Below, piece after piece: positions 8,231 to 16,593 of a DNA stretch of 32,000 nucleotides. The position numbers were made by a program, and so were the translations under genes. The stretch lies in NCBI RefSeq assembly GCF_008065095.1, contig NZ_CP042911.1, forward strand, positions 8,790,001-8,822,000, in the 5' to 3' direction. The notes under the pieces were generated by a model. That model ran no database searches. It saw only the letters and a program-made list of their open reading frames with translations, and had not been told where the DNA came from. This DNA comes from Gemmata obscuriglobus. GTDB lineage: Bacteria > Planctomycetota > Planctomycetia > Gemmatales > Gemmataceae. Position 1 is the stretch's first letter; each line of letters starts with the position of its first letter.

Positions 8231-9073
8231 TCACGTCCCCCGCTCGCCCAGATACGGCGTCAGAAACGCTCGCGCCTTGCGTGCGGTGCTCACGGCGTCG
8301 TAGCTGTGGCGGCTCAACTCGACGTACACGCCCTCGCGGTAGCCGGCCGCACGGAGGCCCGCGAACACGTCGGCGAAATCGACCGCGCCCTCGCCGAACA
8401 TGATGTGATCGTGTACGCCCGGTCGCATGTCCTCGATGTGGATGTTCCAGAGGACGTGTTTCCAGTCCGCCAGGAACTTGCTGACCGGCAGCTCGCCGTT
8501 GCAGACGAGGTGCCCGACATCGACGGTGAGGCCGAACGCGGGGTGGTTGACGCGGCCGTGCAGTTCGGCAAACTTGTCCATCGTGTCGATGAACATGCCG
8601 GGTTCGGGCTCGAACGCGAGCCGCACGCCCCGCCGCCCGGCCTCCTCCGCGAGCCGCTTGCACTGCTCAACCAGGCGGGTCATTAGCTCCGAAGGCGCGG
8701 CGCGGTCGTCGGGCGCGCCGGACCAGAAGCTGACGCACCCGGCGCCCAACTCTTCCGCGAGCCGGACGCAGAGCCACAGGAACCAGTGCCGCCGCTCGCG
8801 CAGCTCGTCGGTCGGCGAAATGAGGGTCGGCTGGTGCTTGCGGCGCGGGTCCAGCACGAACCGCGCGCCGGTCTCGATCGCGCACCGCAGCCCGTGGCGC
8901 GCGAGCCCCGCGCCGAACTCGGCGGTCCGGGCGCTCAGGTCGAGGGCGTGCGGGTCCAGGTGGTTCACGTCCGGGGTGAGTGCGACCCCGCCGTACCCGA
9001 GTTCCGCCAGAACGTCCAGCGCGTCGCCGAGCCGGTGGTGGGCGAACCCGTTCGTGTTGTAGCCCAGAAACAT
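8231..9073 (-). CDS. Sugar phosphate isomerase/epimerase (xylose-isomerase-like TIM barrel)
   Basis: The ATG at 9073 gives MFLGYNTNGFAHHRL. It also has FEPEPGMFIDT and VDVGHL motifs typical of the family. The upstream part of the track ORF would overlap the NifU-like gene. Confidence 0.8.
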   Translation of the reverse strand: MFLGYNTNGFAHHRLGDALDVLAELGYGGVALTPDVNHLDPHALDLSARTAEFGAGLARHGLRCAIETGARFVLDPRRKHQPTLISPTDELRERRHWFLWLCVRLAEELGAGCVSFWSGAPDDRAAPSELMTRLVEQCKRLAEEAGRRGVRLAFEPEPGMFIDTMDKFAELHGRVNHPAFGLTVDVGHLVCNGELPVSKFLADWKHVLWNIHIEDMRPGVHDHIMFGEGAVDFADVFAGLRAAGYREGVYVELSRHSYDAVSTARKARAFLTPYLGERGT

Positions 9074-9084
9074 CGCGACCCCGC

Positions 9085-9315
9085 TCAGGGAACGGCTTCC
9101 AGAATTTCGACCTCCGGCACCTTCTTGCGCAGCTCGTCTTCGAGCGAGGTGATGACGGTCATGATGGTCGCCGGGCACCCGGCGCACGCGCCGGACAGGC
9201 GCACCGAGGCGACCCCGCCGGTCACCTCCAGCACCTCGATCCCGGCGCCGTCGAGCATGAGCGCCGGGGCGATCTCGACCTTTAGCGCGTGTTCCACACG
9301 TTCCTTGAGGCTCAT
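9085..9315 (-). CDS. NifU C-terminal-domain (Nfu-type) Fe-S cluster protein
   Basis: 76 aa with ...VRLSGACAGCPATIMT... (CxxC). Its start overlaps the ribF stop as ATGA (9312-9315). Confidence 0.85.
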   Translation of the reverse strand: MSLKERVEHALKVEIAPALMLDGAGIEVLEVTGGVASVRLSGACAGCPATIMTVITSLEDELRKKVPEVEILEAVP

Positions 9316-10250
9316 GGCTGGCTCACCCCGAGAACACGCGTCGCGTGTTCGATGTCGCGTTTCAACTGCTCGACCAGTTCGGCCGCGCCGCCGAACGGCC
9401 GCGTCTCCCGCAGCCGGGACACGAACTCGACCGTCAGCTCCTGGCCGTACAGGTCGCCGGCGAAGCCGATCAGGTGGACCTCGATCTTGCGGGCGTCCTC
9501 GCCGAAGGTCGGGTTCGGCCCGACGTTGGCCGCGGCGGGGTGTGGAACGCCGTTCACAAGCGCGCGGACCGCGTACACGCCGTTCCCGGGGAGCAGTGTC
9601 GCCACGTCGCCGAGGTTGGCGGTCGGGAACCCGATGGTGCGGCCCCGCCGTGCGCCGGTCACGACCGTCCCGGCGATGCGGTACGGGCGGGCGAGCAGTT
9701 CAGCGGCGCGGGCCACATCGCCCCCGACGAGGGCGCCGCGCACCCTGCTGCTCGACACCGGCTCGCCGGCAAACGCGACCTGTGCCAGCTCGGCGAATGC
9801 GAGCCCCGCCCCCGCGCACAGCGCCCGGAGCGTCTCGTTGGTGCCGGCCCGCCCGCGGCCGAACCGGAAGTCGTACCCTTCGACCACCGCCCGGGCGCCG
9901 AGCTGGCGGGCGATCACGTCTTCGAAGAACGCCTCGGGGCTGAGCGCCAGCAGCGCCGGCCCGGTGCGCAGCACGACGACGTGGTCGGCCCCGGCCGCGT
10001 GAAGCAGTTCCGCGCGGCGCGCGATCGTGGTGAGCGGCGGGCGTTCCGATCCGGGGTGCAGCACCTGGTGCGGCGGGGTGCCGAACGTGACCACAACCGC
10101 CGGGCCGCGCACGCGGTCCGCCTGCTCGCGCGCCGCGGCCACGAGGGCCTGGTGCCCGCGGTGAACGCCGTCGAAGTTGCCGACGGTAACCGCCCCCCCG
10201 GTGAACTCCGGGGGCGGGTACTCGGACCAGTCGAGGTGAGCCGTCGCCAT
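9312..10250 (-). CDS. ribF: Bifunctional riboflavin kinase / FMN adenylyltransferase
   Basis: VGNFDGVHRGHQALV nucleotidyltransferase motif, and GFPTANL plus the C-terminal kinase half (VEFVSRLR...F). 312 aa. Confidence 0.9.
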   Translation of the reverse strand: MATAHLDWSEYPPPEFTGGAVTVGNFDGVHRGHQALVAAAREQADRVRGPAVVVTFGTPPHQVLHPGSERPPLTTIARRAELLHAAGADHVVVLRTGPALLALSPEAFFEDVIARQLGARAVVEGYDFRFGRGRAGTNETLRALCAGAGLAFAELAQVAFAGEPVSSSRVRGALVGGDVARAAELLARPYRIAGTVVTGARRGRTIGFPTANLGDVATLLPGNGVYAVRALVNGVPHPAAANVGPNPTFGEDARKIEVHLIGFAGDLYGQELTVEFVSRLRETRPFGGAAELVEQLKRDIEHATRVLGVSQP

Positions 10251-10351
10251 GCCGGTATCTTATTCCGCGCGCCGCGGAACGGGCCGAGAACCTTTCGCCC
10301 GCGCGGGTGTCCCTTCTTTCGGCACGCGGTTTTGACTACCATGCCATCTGG

Positions 10352-10853
10352 GTTCGTCGGTCGGCCGGACGGTCGCCGCCCGCCCAGCGGTCAGAGATTC
10401 GAGGGCGGAGAAGCGGGGGCGCACGTCGCTCACGGTCTTCGGTTTCTGATCTCTGCCCTCTGGGCGGGGGGAGGAAAGTCCGGGCTTCACAGGGCGCGGT
10501 GGTGGATAACGTCCACCCTCGGTAACGGTGCGGGCGTCCCGACTCGCACCGCCAACGGGCGGGAAAGTGCAACAGAAAGTGTACCGCCGCCCGGTTGCGA
10601 AATCGGGCGGTAAGGGTGAAAAGGTGCGGGGCTTCGGCCCTTAATGTAAGAGCGCACCAGCGGCGGGGTGACCCGCCGGCTCGGCAAACCCCACCGGAAG
10701 CAAGGTCAAGCAGAGGACAGGGGCGGCCCGCCCCGTTACGATCCTCGGGTAGACCGCTCGACCCCGCCGGCAACGGCGGGGCTAGATAAATGACCGTCAC
10801 CCGCCGCAAGGCGGGGGACAAAACCCGGCTTACAGGCCGGCCGACGAACTCAA
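10352..10853 (+). ncRNA. rnpB: RNase P RNA, bacterial type A, unusually long (~500 nt)
   Basis: GAGGAAAGTCCGGGC at 10471-10485 (P4 5' strand). ACAGAAAGTGTACCGCC, GGTAAGGGTGAAAAGGTGCGG and TAAGAGCGCACC core blocks. ACAAAACCCGGCTTAC at 10818-10833 (P4 3' strand). P1 pairing of GTTCGTCGG...GGCC (10352-) with GGCCGGCCGACGAAC (-10849). The ends are approximate. Confidence 0.9.
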
Positions 10854-11046
10854 CCGGGATACCGCATCGCATAACCGCTACCGTCGGCGCGCCCGCGTGA
10901 CTCTTCCTGACCGTTTCGCATCCGGGGGCTTCCCGAATTGACCTCGCGCTGTTCGGCGGGGTACGATGTGTTAGTGCAACCCACAGGCCCCCGCTCCTCT
11001 CACGGGACGCGCTTGTGCGCCGTCTGGCCCGTGCAACGAGGCCGCC

Positions 11047-11346
11047 ATGTCCATCCGCCCCCCATCTCGGCGGGACGATCGCACGAGCCATCTGGCTCGC
11101 CATAACTTTTATCCCCCGCGCCGGTTCAGGGTCGTCCTGCACCGAGCTAACGGCGCCGACCTGGTGCTCGTCACCCGCGCGGTAATGGACATCACCCGGT
11201 TCGGCTCGGCCGAGGCCGAGTACCGGATGTGGGAGGCCCACCACTGCGGGCGCTCACTCGTCGTCGTCACGCACCTCGAACGGGCCGAACTGTTCGTCGA
11301 GCAGTTCGCACTCCGCGGCCTGCCCGCGAGCATCGAACCCGCTTAG
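11047..11346 (+). CDS. clpS: ClpS-like ATP-dependent Clp protease adaptor (divergent)
   Basis: 99 aa. PPRRFRVVL....VTRAVMDITRFGSAEAEYRMWEAHHCGRSLVVVTHLERAELFVEQF aligns by eye with the E. coli ClpS core (PPSMYKVIL...VIDVLQKFF...[28 protein letters not shown]). The canonical NDD.T pocket segment is not conserved. Confidence 0.65.
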   Translation: MSIRPPSRRDDRTSHLARHNFYPPRRFRVVLHRANGADLVLVTRAVMDITRFGSAEAEYRMWEAHHCGRSLVVVTHLERAELFVEQFALRGLPASIEPA

Positions 11347-11483
11347 CGGCGCGGTGTGACCGCCGGAATTTCGTTGACACAGCCGCCCGAGACGCTATTC
11401 CTCGGCCCTTCGCTTGGGGAATAGCTGCCGGGGGCGTGTTGCGCACGGGACCGCGGCGCGCGCCCAAAAATGGGGGACGTGCA

Positions 11484-11831
11484 ATGAAGTGGCTCGTTTG
11501 CAGCCTGGTAGCCGTAGCGCTGGTCGCCGGTGCGCCCGCACACGCCGGGGACGTGGAATTCCGCCCGATCGACACGAAGAAGCTGGTGGTCCAGCCCAGC
11601 AAGGCCGCCGCGAACCTCGCTGCCGGCACTATCAACCTCGTCGGCCAAACGACCGCCGGCGCCGTCGAAGGCAACGGCTGGATCAAGACGATCAACAACC
11701 TGTTCAGCATCAAGCGCACGGAGCCGAAGTACCAGACCAACGGTCTGCCGGCGCCGAACCAGTTCAAGTCCACGCAGTACAAGAACTACAACACCCCGGT
11801 GATGCCGACCGTCCAGTACATGCAGCGCTGA
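11484..11831 (+). CDS. Small secreted hypothetical protein (115 aa)
   Basis: The internal ATG at 11484 gives signal peptide MKWLVCSLVAVALVAGAPAHA. Third codon positions are high in GC. A strong terminator follows. No family recognised. Confidence 0.55.
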   Translation: MKWLVCSLVAVALVAGAPAHAGDVEFRPIDTKKLVVQPSKAAANLAAGTINLVGQTTAGAVEGNGWIKTINNLFSIKRTEPKYQTNGLPAPNQFKSTQYKNYNTPVMPTVQYMQR

Positions 11832-11934
11832 GCGGTATTCTGAAACCGCGTCCGATTTACGATCCGGTGTTGGTGCCTTTGTGGCACAGGCATTCCTCAG
11901 TACATGCCACAACCGTGAGACTCCAAAACGGTTC

Positions 11935-11994
11935 CCGGAAACGCGCCGGCCCCGCTCACGGTGAGCGGGGCCGGCGCGTTTCCGGAACCTTTTT
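11935..11994 (+). terminator. Intrinsic terminator (23-bp perfect stem plus T-run), partly bidirectional
   Basis: CCGGAAACGCGCCGGCCCCGCTC (11935-11957) pairs with 11963-11985 across a 5-nt loop and is followed by AACCTTTTTA. On the other strand the stem is followed by AACCGTTTTGG. Confidence 0.75.
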
Positions 11995-12052
11995 ACGCCG
12001 CTGGCGTTTCATCAGTACCGGGCGCTCCCGCTCGCCCGTTCCGGAGACGCAC

Positions 12053-12727
12053 ATGCACACGGTCGCGATGCGGGCGTTCGCCACGCTCGCCCTCGGTTTG
12101 GGCGCGTTCACGCTCCCGGTTCTCGCTGAAGACTCAAAACCCAAGCCGTCGGACTGGTCCGGTTACGTGTTCGTGGCCGACGTTGTTGGCGAGGTGGTGA
12201 AAGCCGACGACAAGAGCGTGACGCTGCGGATCACGTGGTTCGAGCCGCAGGCGCGGACCGGCAACAGCCGTAACGGTCGGCCCGGGCTGTCGCAGAACAA
12301 CCGCAACTTCCGCAACCCGTACTCGCAGAACATGAACCGCCCGAACCAGTCGAAGACGCAGTTGAAAGAGCAGCACCACGATTACGAACTGGAATACGTC
12401 TCGGAGTCGCTCGTGCGGAGCAAAACCCTCCCGGTGAAATTGGACGAGAAGGGTAAGAAGATTCCGCACAACCAAAAGGAGATCGACGAGTTGCGGGCAC
12501 CGGGCGGTTTCCCGGGGTACGCGGCGAATCGATCCGATCTGACCCCGGGCACAATCGTCGAGGTGTACCTGATCCGCGACAAGAGCGTGCCCGCGGCCAA
12601 GGCCGGCGAAGACGACTTGCGTGTCAAATACGCGGTCATCCTGGGGCGCGACCCCAACCCGCCGAAGGACATCGGTAGCGGCGACAAGAACAAGGACAAG
12701 AAAAAGGACGAGAAGAAGAAAAACTGA
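12053..12727 (+). CDS. Secreted hypothetical protein with an Asn/Arg-rich middle and a Lys-rich tail (224 aa)
   Basis: The ATG at 12053 gives MHTVAMRAFATLALGLGAFTLPVLA. Compositionally normal coding frame. Ends GSGDKNKDKKKDEKKKN. No family recognised. The upstream part of the track ORF reads across the preceding gene and terminator. Confidence 0.6.
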   Translation: MHTVAMRAFATLALGLGAFTLPVLAEDSKPKPSDWSGYVFVADVVGEVVKADDKSVTLRITWFEPQARTGNSRNGRPGLSQNNRNFRNPYSQNMNRPNQSKTQLKEQHHDYELEYVSESLVRSKTLPVKLDEKGKKIPHNQKEIDELRAPGGFPGYAANRSDLTPGTIVEVYLIRDKSVPAAKAGEDDLRVKYAVILGRDPNPPKDIGSGDKNKDKKKDEKKKN

Positions 12728-12824
12728 TGCGATGCGGGCGCGATTTCGCCTGACGTGATGGATCGGAACTCACGGATCGCTCGGGGCTCAAACACCGAGC
12801 GATCACCGTTTCGCAATTGTACAC

Positions 12825-14068
12825 TTGCTCGCCTGCGGTGTCACGGCTGCGCACGGATTGGGTTTGGGTAACGTGCGTGGTGTGGGGGTATGTGTGCGGC
12901 TCCAAACGAGGAGGCGTACATGTCCCGGGTCACTGGTCGAGCGGTTGGCCGAGTTGCCGGATCCGCGAAGCCGTCACGGGCGCCAGTACCCGCTGGTGGG
13001 GCTGCTGACCCTGTGCCTGGTGGCGGCGATGGGCGGGCACACCACGCCTGCGGCGATCTCCCAGTTCGGTCGGCGGCAGAAGCGGCTGGGGCATGCGTTG
13101 GGGTTCAAGAACGGCAACATGCCGTGTGCCAACACCATCGCCGGACGGCTGCGGAAGCTGGACCCGGACCACCTGGACCGGATCATCGGGGACTGGCGGG
13201 CGGGCCGGCACCCCGAGGGGTGGGAGCACCTGGCGTTGGACGGCCGGCAGTTGCGCGGGTCCCGAGACGGCGAGGTACCGGGTGCGCACCGGCTGGCCGC
13301 GTATGCCCCGGGGGCCGCGGCGGTGGTGGCCCAGATGACGGTCGAGGCCACGACCAACGAGCACAAGGCGGCCCTGCGGCTGCTGGGCGTGTTGCCCCCG
13401 CTGGGCGGAACGGTGGTCATCGGGGACGCCATCTGTACCCAGCCGGACGTGTGCGCCGCGGTGCAACAGCGGGGTGGGGACGACACCTTGTACGCCAAGA
13501 GCAACCAAGGCACCTTGCGGGCCGACCTGGAAGCCGCGTTCGCCACCGCCGCGGGGGGCGATTTTCCCCCCCGGGTTACAGCACCTGTGGGACCGGGACG
13601 CGGGCACCGCATGTGAGCTGAGCAAGGGGCACGGGCGGGTGGAGCGACGGTCCATTGTGACCACCCACCACGTGGCTCAACCAGTACCTGACCCGGTGGC
13701 CCGGTGTGCAGCAGGTGCTCCGGCTCCAGCGGCGGCGCCGAATGAATGGGCAGGAGGCGGTGGAGGTGGTGTACGGGATCACCAGCCGGAACCCGGTGGC
13801 CGCGCCACCGGATGCGTTGCTCGGATATACCCGGGCGCACTGGGGTATCGAGAGCCGGCACCACATCCGCGACGTGACCCTGGGCGAGGACCGGTGCCGG
13901 GTACGGCGGGGCGCGGCACCACGGGTGCTGGCGAGCCTGCGGAACGTCGCAGCGTACCTGCTACGGACCCTCGGTACCGGTACCATTGCAGCGGCCGTTC
14001 GGACCATCGTTGCCACACCCGAACGGGCACTAGCGGCGCTTAATCAGCCAGTTTCAATCTCTGAGTAG
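12825..14068 (+). pseudogene. ISAs1-family (H-repeat-associated) transposase, inactivated by at least two frameshifts
   Basis: LAELPDPRSRHGRQYPLVGLL, DGRQLRGS, TNEHKAAL, GDAICTQ and AKSNQGTL lie in one frame. KGHGRVERR is in a second frame from ~13615. WPGVQQV..YGITS..HWGIESRHHIRDVTLGEDRCR is in a third frame from ~13660. G6 and C7 homopolymers at 13553-13572 sit at the first shift. The ATG at 12920 is also out of frame with SLVERLAELPDPR. Element ends were not identified. Confidence 0.8.
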
Positions 14069-14078
14069 CCCTAGGCGG

Positions 14079-14174
14079 CACTCCACGCTGGGCGACGTTG
14101 CCCCAGATGAGTACGAATGAACGCATAACCGAACCCACCGCCAAAAAGCTGTCCACTTTCCGTGGGGAACTCCA
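14079..14174 (+). mobile_element. IS3-family right-end remnant (last ~12 transposase codons plus terminal repeat ending ...GGGGAACTCCA)
   Basis: It translates STLGDVAPDEYE*, the typical IS3 OrfB C-terminus. It is ~80% identical over 87 nt to a second copy at 31466-31551, and both end in CA. Confidence 0.6.
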
Positions 14175-14601
14175 GTACAACGTCTTGGGGGCGTGGAACG
14201 GTGTGACTCGGGAACTGATCCGCGTGACCAACGAGACGCGCGTGTCTTCGGATACGATGGTCGAGTTGCTGGGCCGGGGCGCGGCACGGGCCACCGGACC
14301 GACGACATCGGTTCTGGATAACGCGCGGTATCAGCGGTGTGCGGCGTGGAGTCGGGAGCCAAGCGGTTAGGTGTTGCTGTTCCGGCCCTCGCACTCGCCC
14401 AACCTGAACGTGATCGAGCGGCTGTGGCGGTTAACCAAGAAGAAGGCCCTGCGGGGCAAGCGCTACGCCGACTTCGCGACCTTCCGGGCGGCCAGCGACG
14501 AGTACCTCGATCGCATCCCGACGGACCACCGCGAGGTTCTCGCCTCGCTCATGGCACAGAAGTTCCAGACGCTCGACAGTGACTCATTCCTGACCGCGTA
14601 A
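14175..14601 (+). pseudogene. IS630-family (DDE_3) transposase, 5'-truncated with an in-frame TAG
   Basis: YNVLGAWNGVTRELI...VLDNARYQ...(TAG at 14368-14370)...LLFRPSHSPNLNVIERLWRLTKK. Homology starts abruptly at the IS3 end. The ORF ends 3 nt before the stop of the convergent GT2 gene. Confidence 0.75.
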
Positions 14602-14604
14602 AGT

Positions 14605-15642
14605 CTAGTGCTTCGCCGGCTTGAAGGCGGGCGCCCCCGCCCAGTGCTGGAGCGACCGCCGTAACTGCTTCGCGGCTTCCTTCCAGAACCCCCACGCGAA
14701 CCCGAAGTGGATCGCCACGAACACCATCGGGATGCGGAGCGCGACCGCGCGGGGCGCGCTCCGCCCGAGTACGGCGCCCGCGCCCAGTAGCACGCCCAAA
14801 TAAAGAGCCACGCTCCCGAACCACACCCAGCCCGCGTAAGGTACGGCGAGGCTCAGCAGCGCACCGGCGATCACCCACACGGCCCACAGCGGCGGCACCA
14901 GGGCGGGCACCGAGAGCGACTTCGGGTGCTTGAAAGCCAGCTTCGCCCGGCCGCTGCCGTACCGGCCCAGTTGGTAGAACAGGGCGCGGAAACTCGCCCG
15001 CGGCTCGTACACGATCTTCACCGCCGGCGTGAAGTAGCAGCTCAGCCCGGCGGCGTGGACGCGCTCGTTGAACTCCACGTCCTCGCAGGCGTCGAACGCC
15101 TGATCGAACAGCCCGACGGCGTGGAACACGGTCCGCGAGTACGCGACCGCGGTGCTCTGCGGCGGGACGAACTTCGGCTCGTTCGAGTAGATGTCGGAGT
15201 CCGGGTTGTGGCCCAGCCGGCTGCTCCGCGCGGCGCTGACCGCGGACTGGAACGGGGTCGGGTTCGGCACGTCCAGCGGCTGCGGCCGGCCCAGGCAGTC
15301 CGCCTGACTCGTCTCGAACGCGTCGGACAGGTTTCGGAGGTAGTCGCGGTCCGGCACGTGGCAGTGCCCGTCCACGATCACGAGCACGTCCTTGGTGGCA
15401 TGCCGGATCGCGGTGTTGCGACCAGCCGAGGCCAGCTTGTCGGCGTTGAACACCAGCTTCAGGTTGGGGAACTCGCCCTGGAGTCGGCGCACGATGGGGA
15501 CCGTGTCGTCGGTCGACACGCCGTCGGCGACGATGACCTCGAAGTCGGCGCGGGGGAAGTCCTGCGTGAGCAGCAGCCGGAGCGTGTGCTCGATCGACCG
15601 CGACTCGTTCCGCACCGGGACGACGACAGAAACGGACGGCAT
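14605..15642 (-). CDS. Family 2 glycosyltransferase with C-terminal membrane segments
   Basis: MPSVSVVVPVRNESRSIEHTL...VIVADGVSTDDT...VIVDGHCHVP. The C-terminal ~90 aa are hydrophobic. It is the last gene of the exosortase operon. Confidence 0.85.
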   Translation of the reverse strand: MPSVSVVVPVRNESRSIEHTLRLLLTQDFPRADFEVIVADGVSTDDTVPIVRRLQGEFPNLKLVFNADKLASAGRNTAIRHATKDVLVIVDGHCHVPDRDYLRNLSDAFETSQADCLGRPQPLDVPNPTPFQSAVSAARSSRLGHNPDSDIYSNEPKFVPPQSTAVAYSRTVFHAVGLFDQAFDACEDVEFNERVHAAGLSCYFTPAVKIVYEPRASFRALFYQLGRYGSGRAKLAFKHPKSLSVPALVPPLWAVWVIAGALLSLAVPYAGWVWFGSVALYLGVLLGAGAVLGRSAPRAVALRIPMVFVAIHFGFAWGFWKEAAKQLRRSLQHWAGAPAFKPAKH

Positions 15643-15654
15643 GGGTGCTCCAGC

Positions 15655-15814
15655 AAAGATGTCATTTCACCGCGGCGGGCGCGGGAGCCGCTCAGGTCTT
15701 CGGTGAGCGGTACGACGGCCGGCAAAGAAGTCATTTCACCGCAGAGGGCGCGGGAGGGCGCGGAGAAAACGCGGGCACGAGGCCGAAACGATCTCTGCGC
15801 CCTCTGCGGTGAAT
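15655..15814. repeat. REP-like composite: two 33-nt direct repeats plus an inverted partner forming a 17-bp stem
   Basis: AAAGATGTCATTTCACCGCGGCGGGCGCGGGAG (15655-15687) and AAAGAAGTCATTTCACCGCAGAGGGCGCGGGAG (15724-15756) match at 30/33 positions. TTCACCGCAGAGGGCGC (15735-15751) is the exact reverse complement of 15797-15813. A related copy lies at 24316-24413. Confidence 0.7.
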
Positions 15815-15820
15815 CGGTCG

Positions 15821-16540
15821 TTACTCCGTCGGCACGCGCGGGGCGCGGTGGTACAGGCGCTTCAGCCCGAGCGTCTTCAGCCCGGTGGCGAACAGGAGGA
15901 ACAGTTCCATCCGCCAGGACCGATTGCGGATGTAGAACAGGTCGTACACGAGCTTGTTCCGCACGCTGCGGACGCAGGTGTCCGGCGGCAGGTGAACCTG
16001 CGCGAACCCGGTGATCCCGGGGCGCACCGCGTGCCGGCGGTCGTACCCGACGACCACATCGCGGAGCTTCTTCACGATCTCGGGGCGCTCCGGGCGCGGC
16101 CCCACGAGGCTCATCTCGCCCCGCAGCACGTTGAGCAGTTGCGGCAGCTCGTCGAGGTGGAGCTTGCGCAGCACGCGGCCCAGGGGGGTGATCCGGGAGT
16201 CGCCCGGGGTGCTCCACCGCGGCCCGGTCAGCTTCTCGCAGTCGTGGTACATGGTGCGGAGCTTGTACAGCGTGAACACGGCCCCGCCGCGCCCGACCCG
16301 GGCCTGGGTGTACACGGCCGGCCCGCGCGAGGTGAGCTTCACCAGCGCCGCGCACGCCAGCACCGCGGGCAGGGCCGGGATCAGCATGAGCGCCGCGAGC
16401 GCGACGTCCGCCGCCGCCTTCGCCCGCTCGCCGCGCGACAGCGGCCCCGGGGCCGGGGCGGGGCCGGCGCGGCGCGAACGCGGGGGCTGTGGTAAAGGGG
16501 CTCGCAACGCGGACCTCGGGCTGGTTCGTACGGGAGACAT
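15821..16540 (-). CDS. Polyprenyl-phosphate sugar phosphotransferase (short bacterial sugar transferase, PF02397 type)
   Basis: The ATG at 16540 gives a 239-aa protein with one TM helix (VALAALMLIPALPAVLACAALV). LYKLRTM, DELPQLLNVLRGEMSLVGPRPERP and RPGITG motifs are present. Confidence 0.85.
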   Translation of the reverse strand: MSPVRTSPRSALRAPLPQPPRSRRAGPAPAPGPLSRGERAKAAADVALAALMLIPALPAVLACAALVKLTSRGPAVYTQARVGRGGAVFTLYKLRTMYHDCEKLTGPRWSTPGDSRITPLGRVLRKLHLDELPQLLNVLRGEMSLVGPRPERPEIVKKLRDVVVGYDRRHAVRPGITGFAQVHLPPDTCVRSVRNKLVYDLFYIRNRSWRMELFLLFATGLKTLGLKRLYHRAPRVPTE

Positions 16541-16593
16541 CCTTGTTCCTCGGGTGCGAACTCGCGTGGTGTCGGGCGGACGGTCGGGCGGCC

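Noticed and set aside
9312-9315. ATGA stop/start overlap between ribF and the NifU-like gene as an anomaly
   Set aside because: This is a common translational-coupling arrangement in compact operons. It is noted only as support for operon structure.
10938-10967. TTGACC, 18-nt spacer, TACGAT upstream of clpS as a promoter feature
   Set aside because: It is a plausible sigma-70-like match, but hexamer matches alone are weak evidence, especially in a planctomycete-like genome. It is not listed as a feature.
10336-11244. 302-aa minus-strand ORF and other ORFs (9345-10613 +, 10260-10490 -, 10595-10789 +) across 10.3-10.9 kb
   Set aside because: The region is occupied by a clear type-A RNase P RNA, so the ORFs are translation artefacts of a structured GC-rich RNA gene.
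12660-12727. AAG/GAC-rich stretch that looks like a microsatellite
   Set aside because: It is the in-frame Lys/Asp-rich tail (KNKDKKKDEKKKN) of the secreted protein gene, i.e. low-complexity coding rather than a tandem DNA repeat with a fixed unit.
11484-12727. Candidate PEP-CTERM substrates for the nearby exosortase
   Set aside because: Neither protein ends with a PEP-like motif followed by a hydrophobic helix and basic residues. The C-termini are ...VQYMQR and ...DEKKKN.
14368-14370. In-frame TAG in the IS630 gene, and another TAG at 31248-31250 in the IS1595 gene, as possible amber read-through or recoding
   Set aside because: Both genes carry other inactivating lesions (5' truncation, frameshift). 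Two nonsense mutations in decaying IS copies need no special explanation, and no recoding signals were seen.
15655-15756. Two 33-nt direct repeats 69 nt apart as a possible mini CRISPR array
   Set aside because: There are only two units, and they are imperfect. The second is part of an inverted-repeat hairpin. No cas genes or leader are present, and a related copy elsewhere is clearly REP-like.
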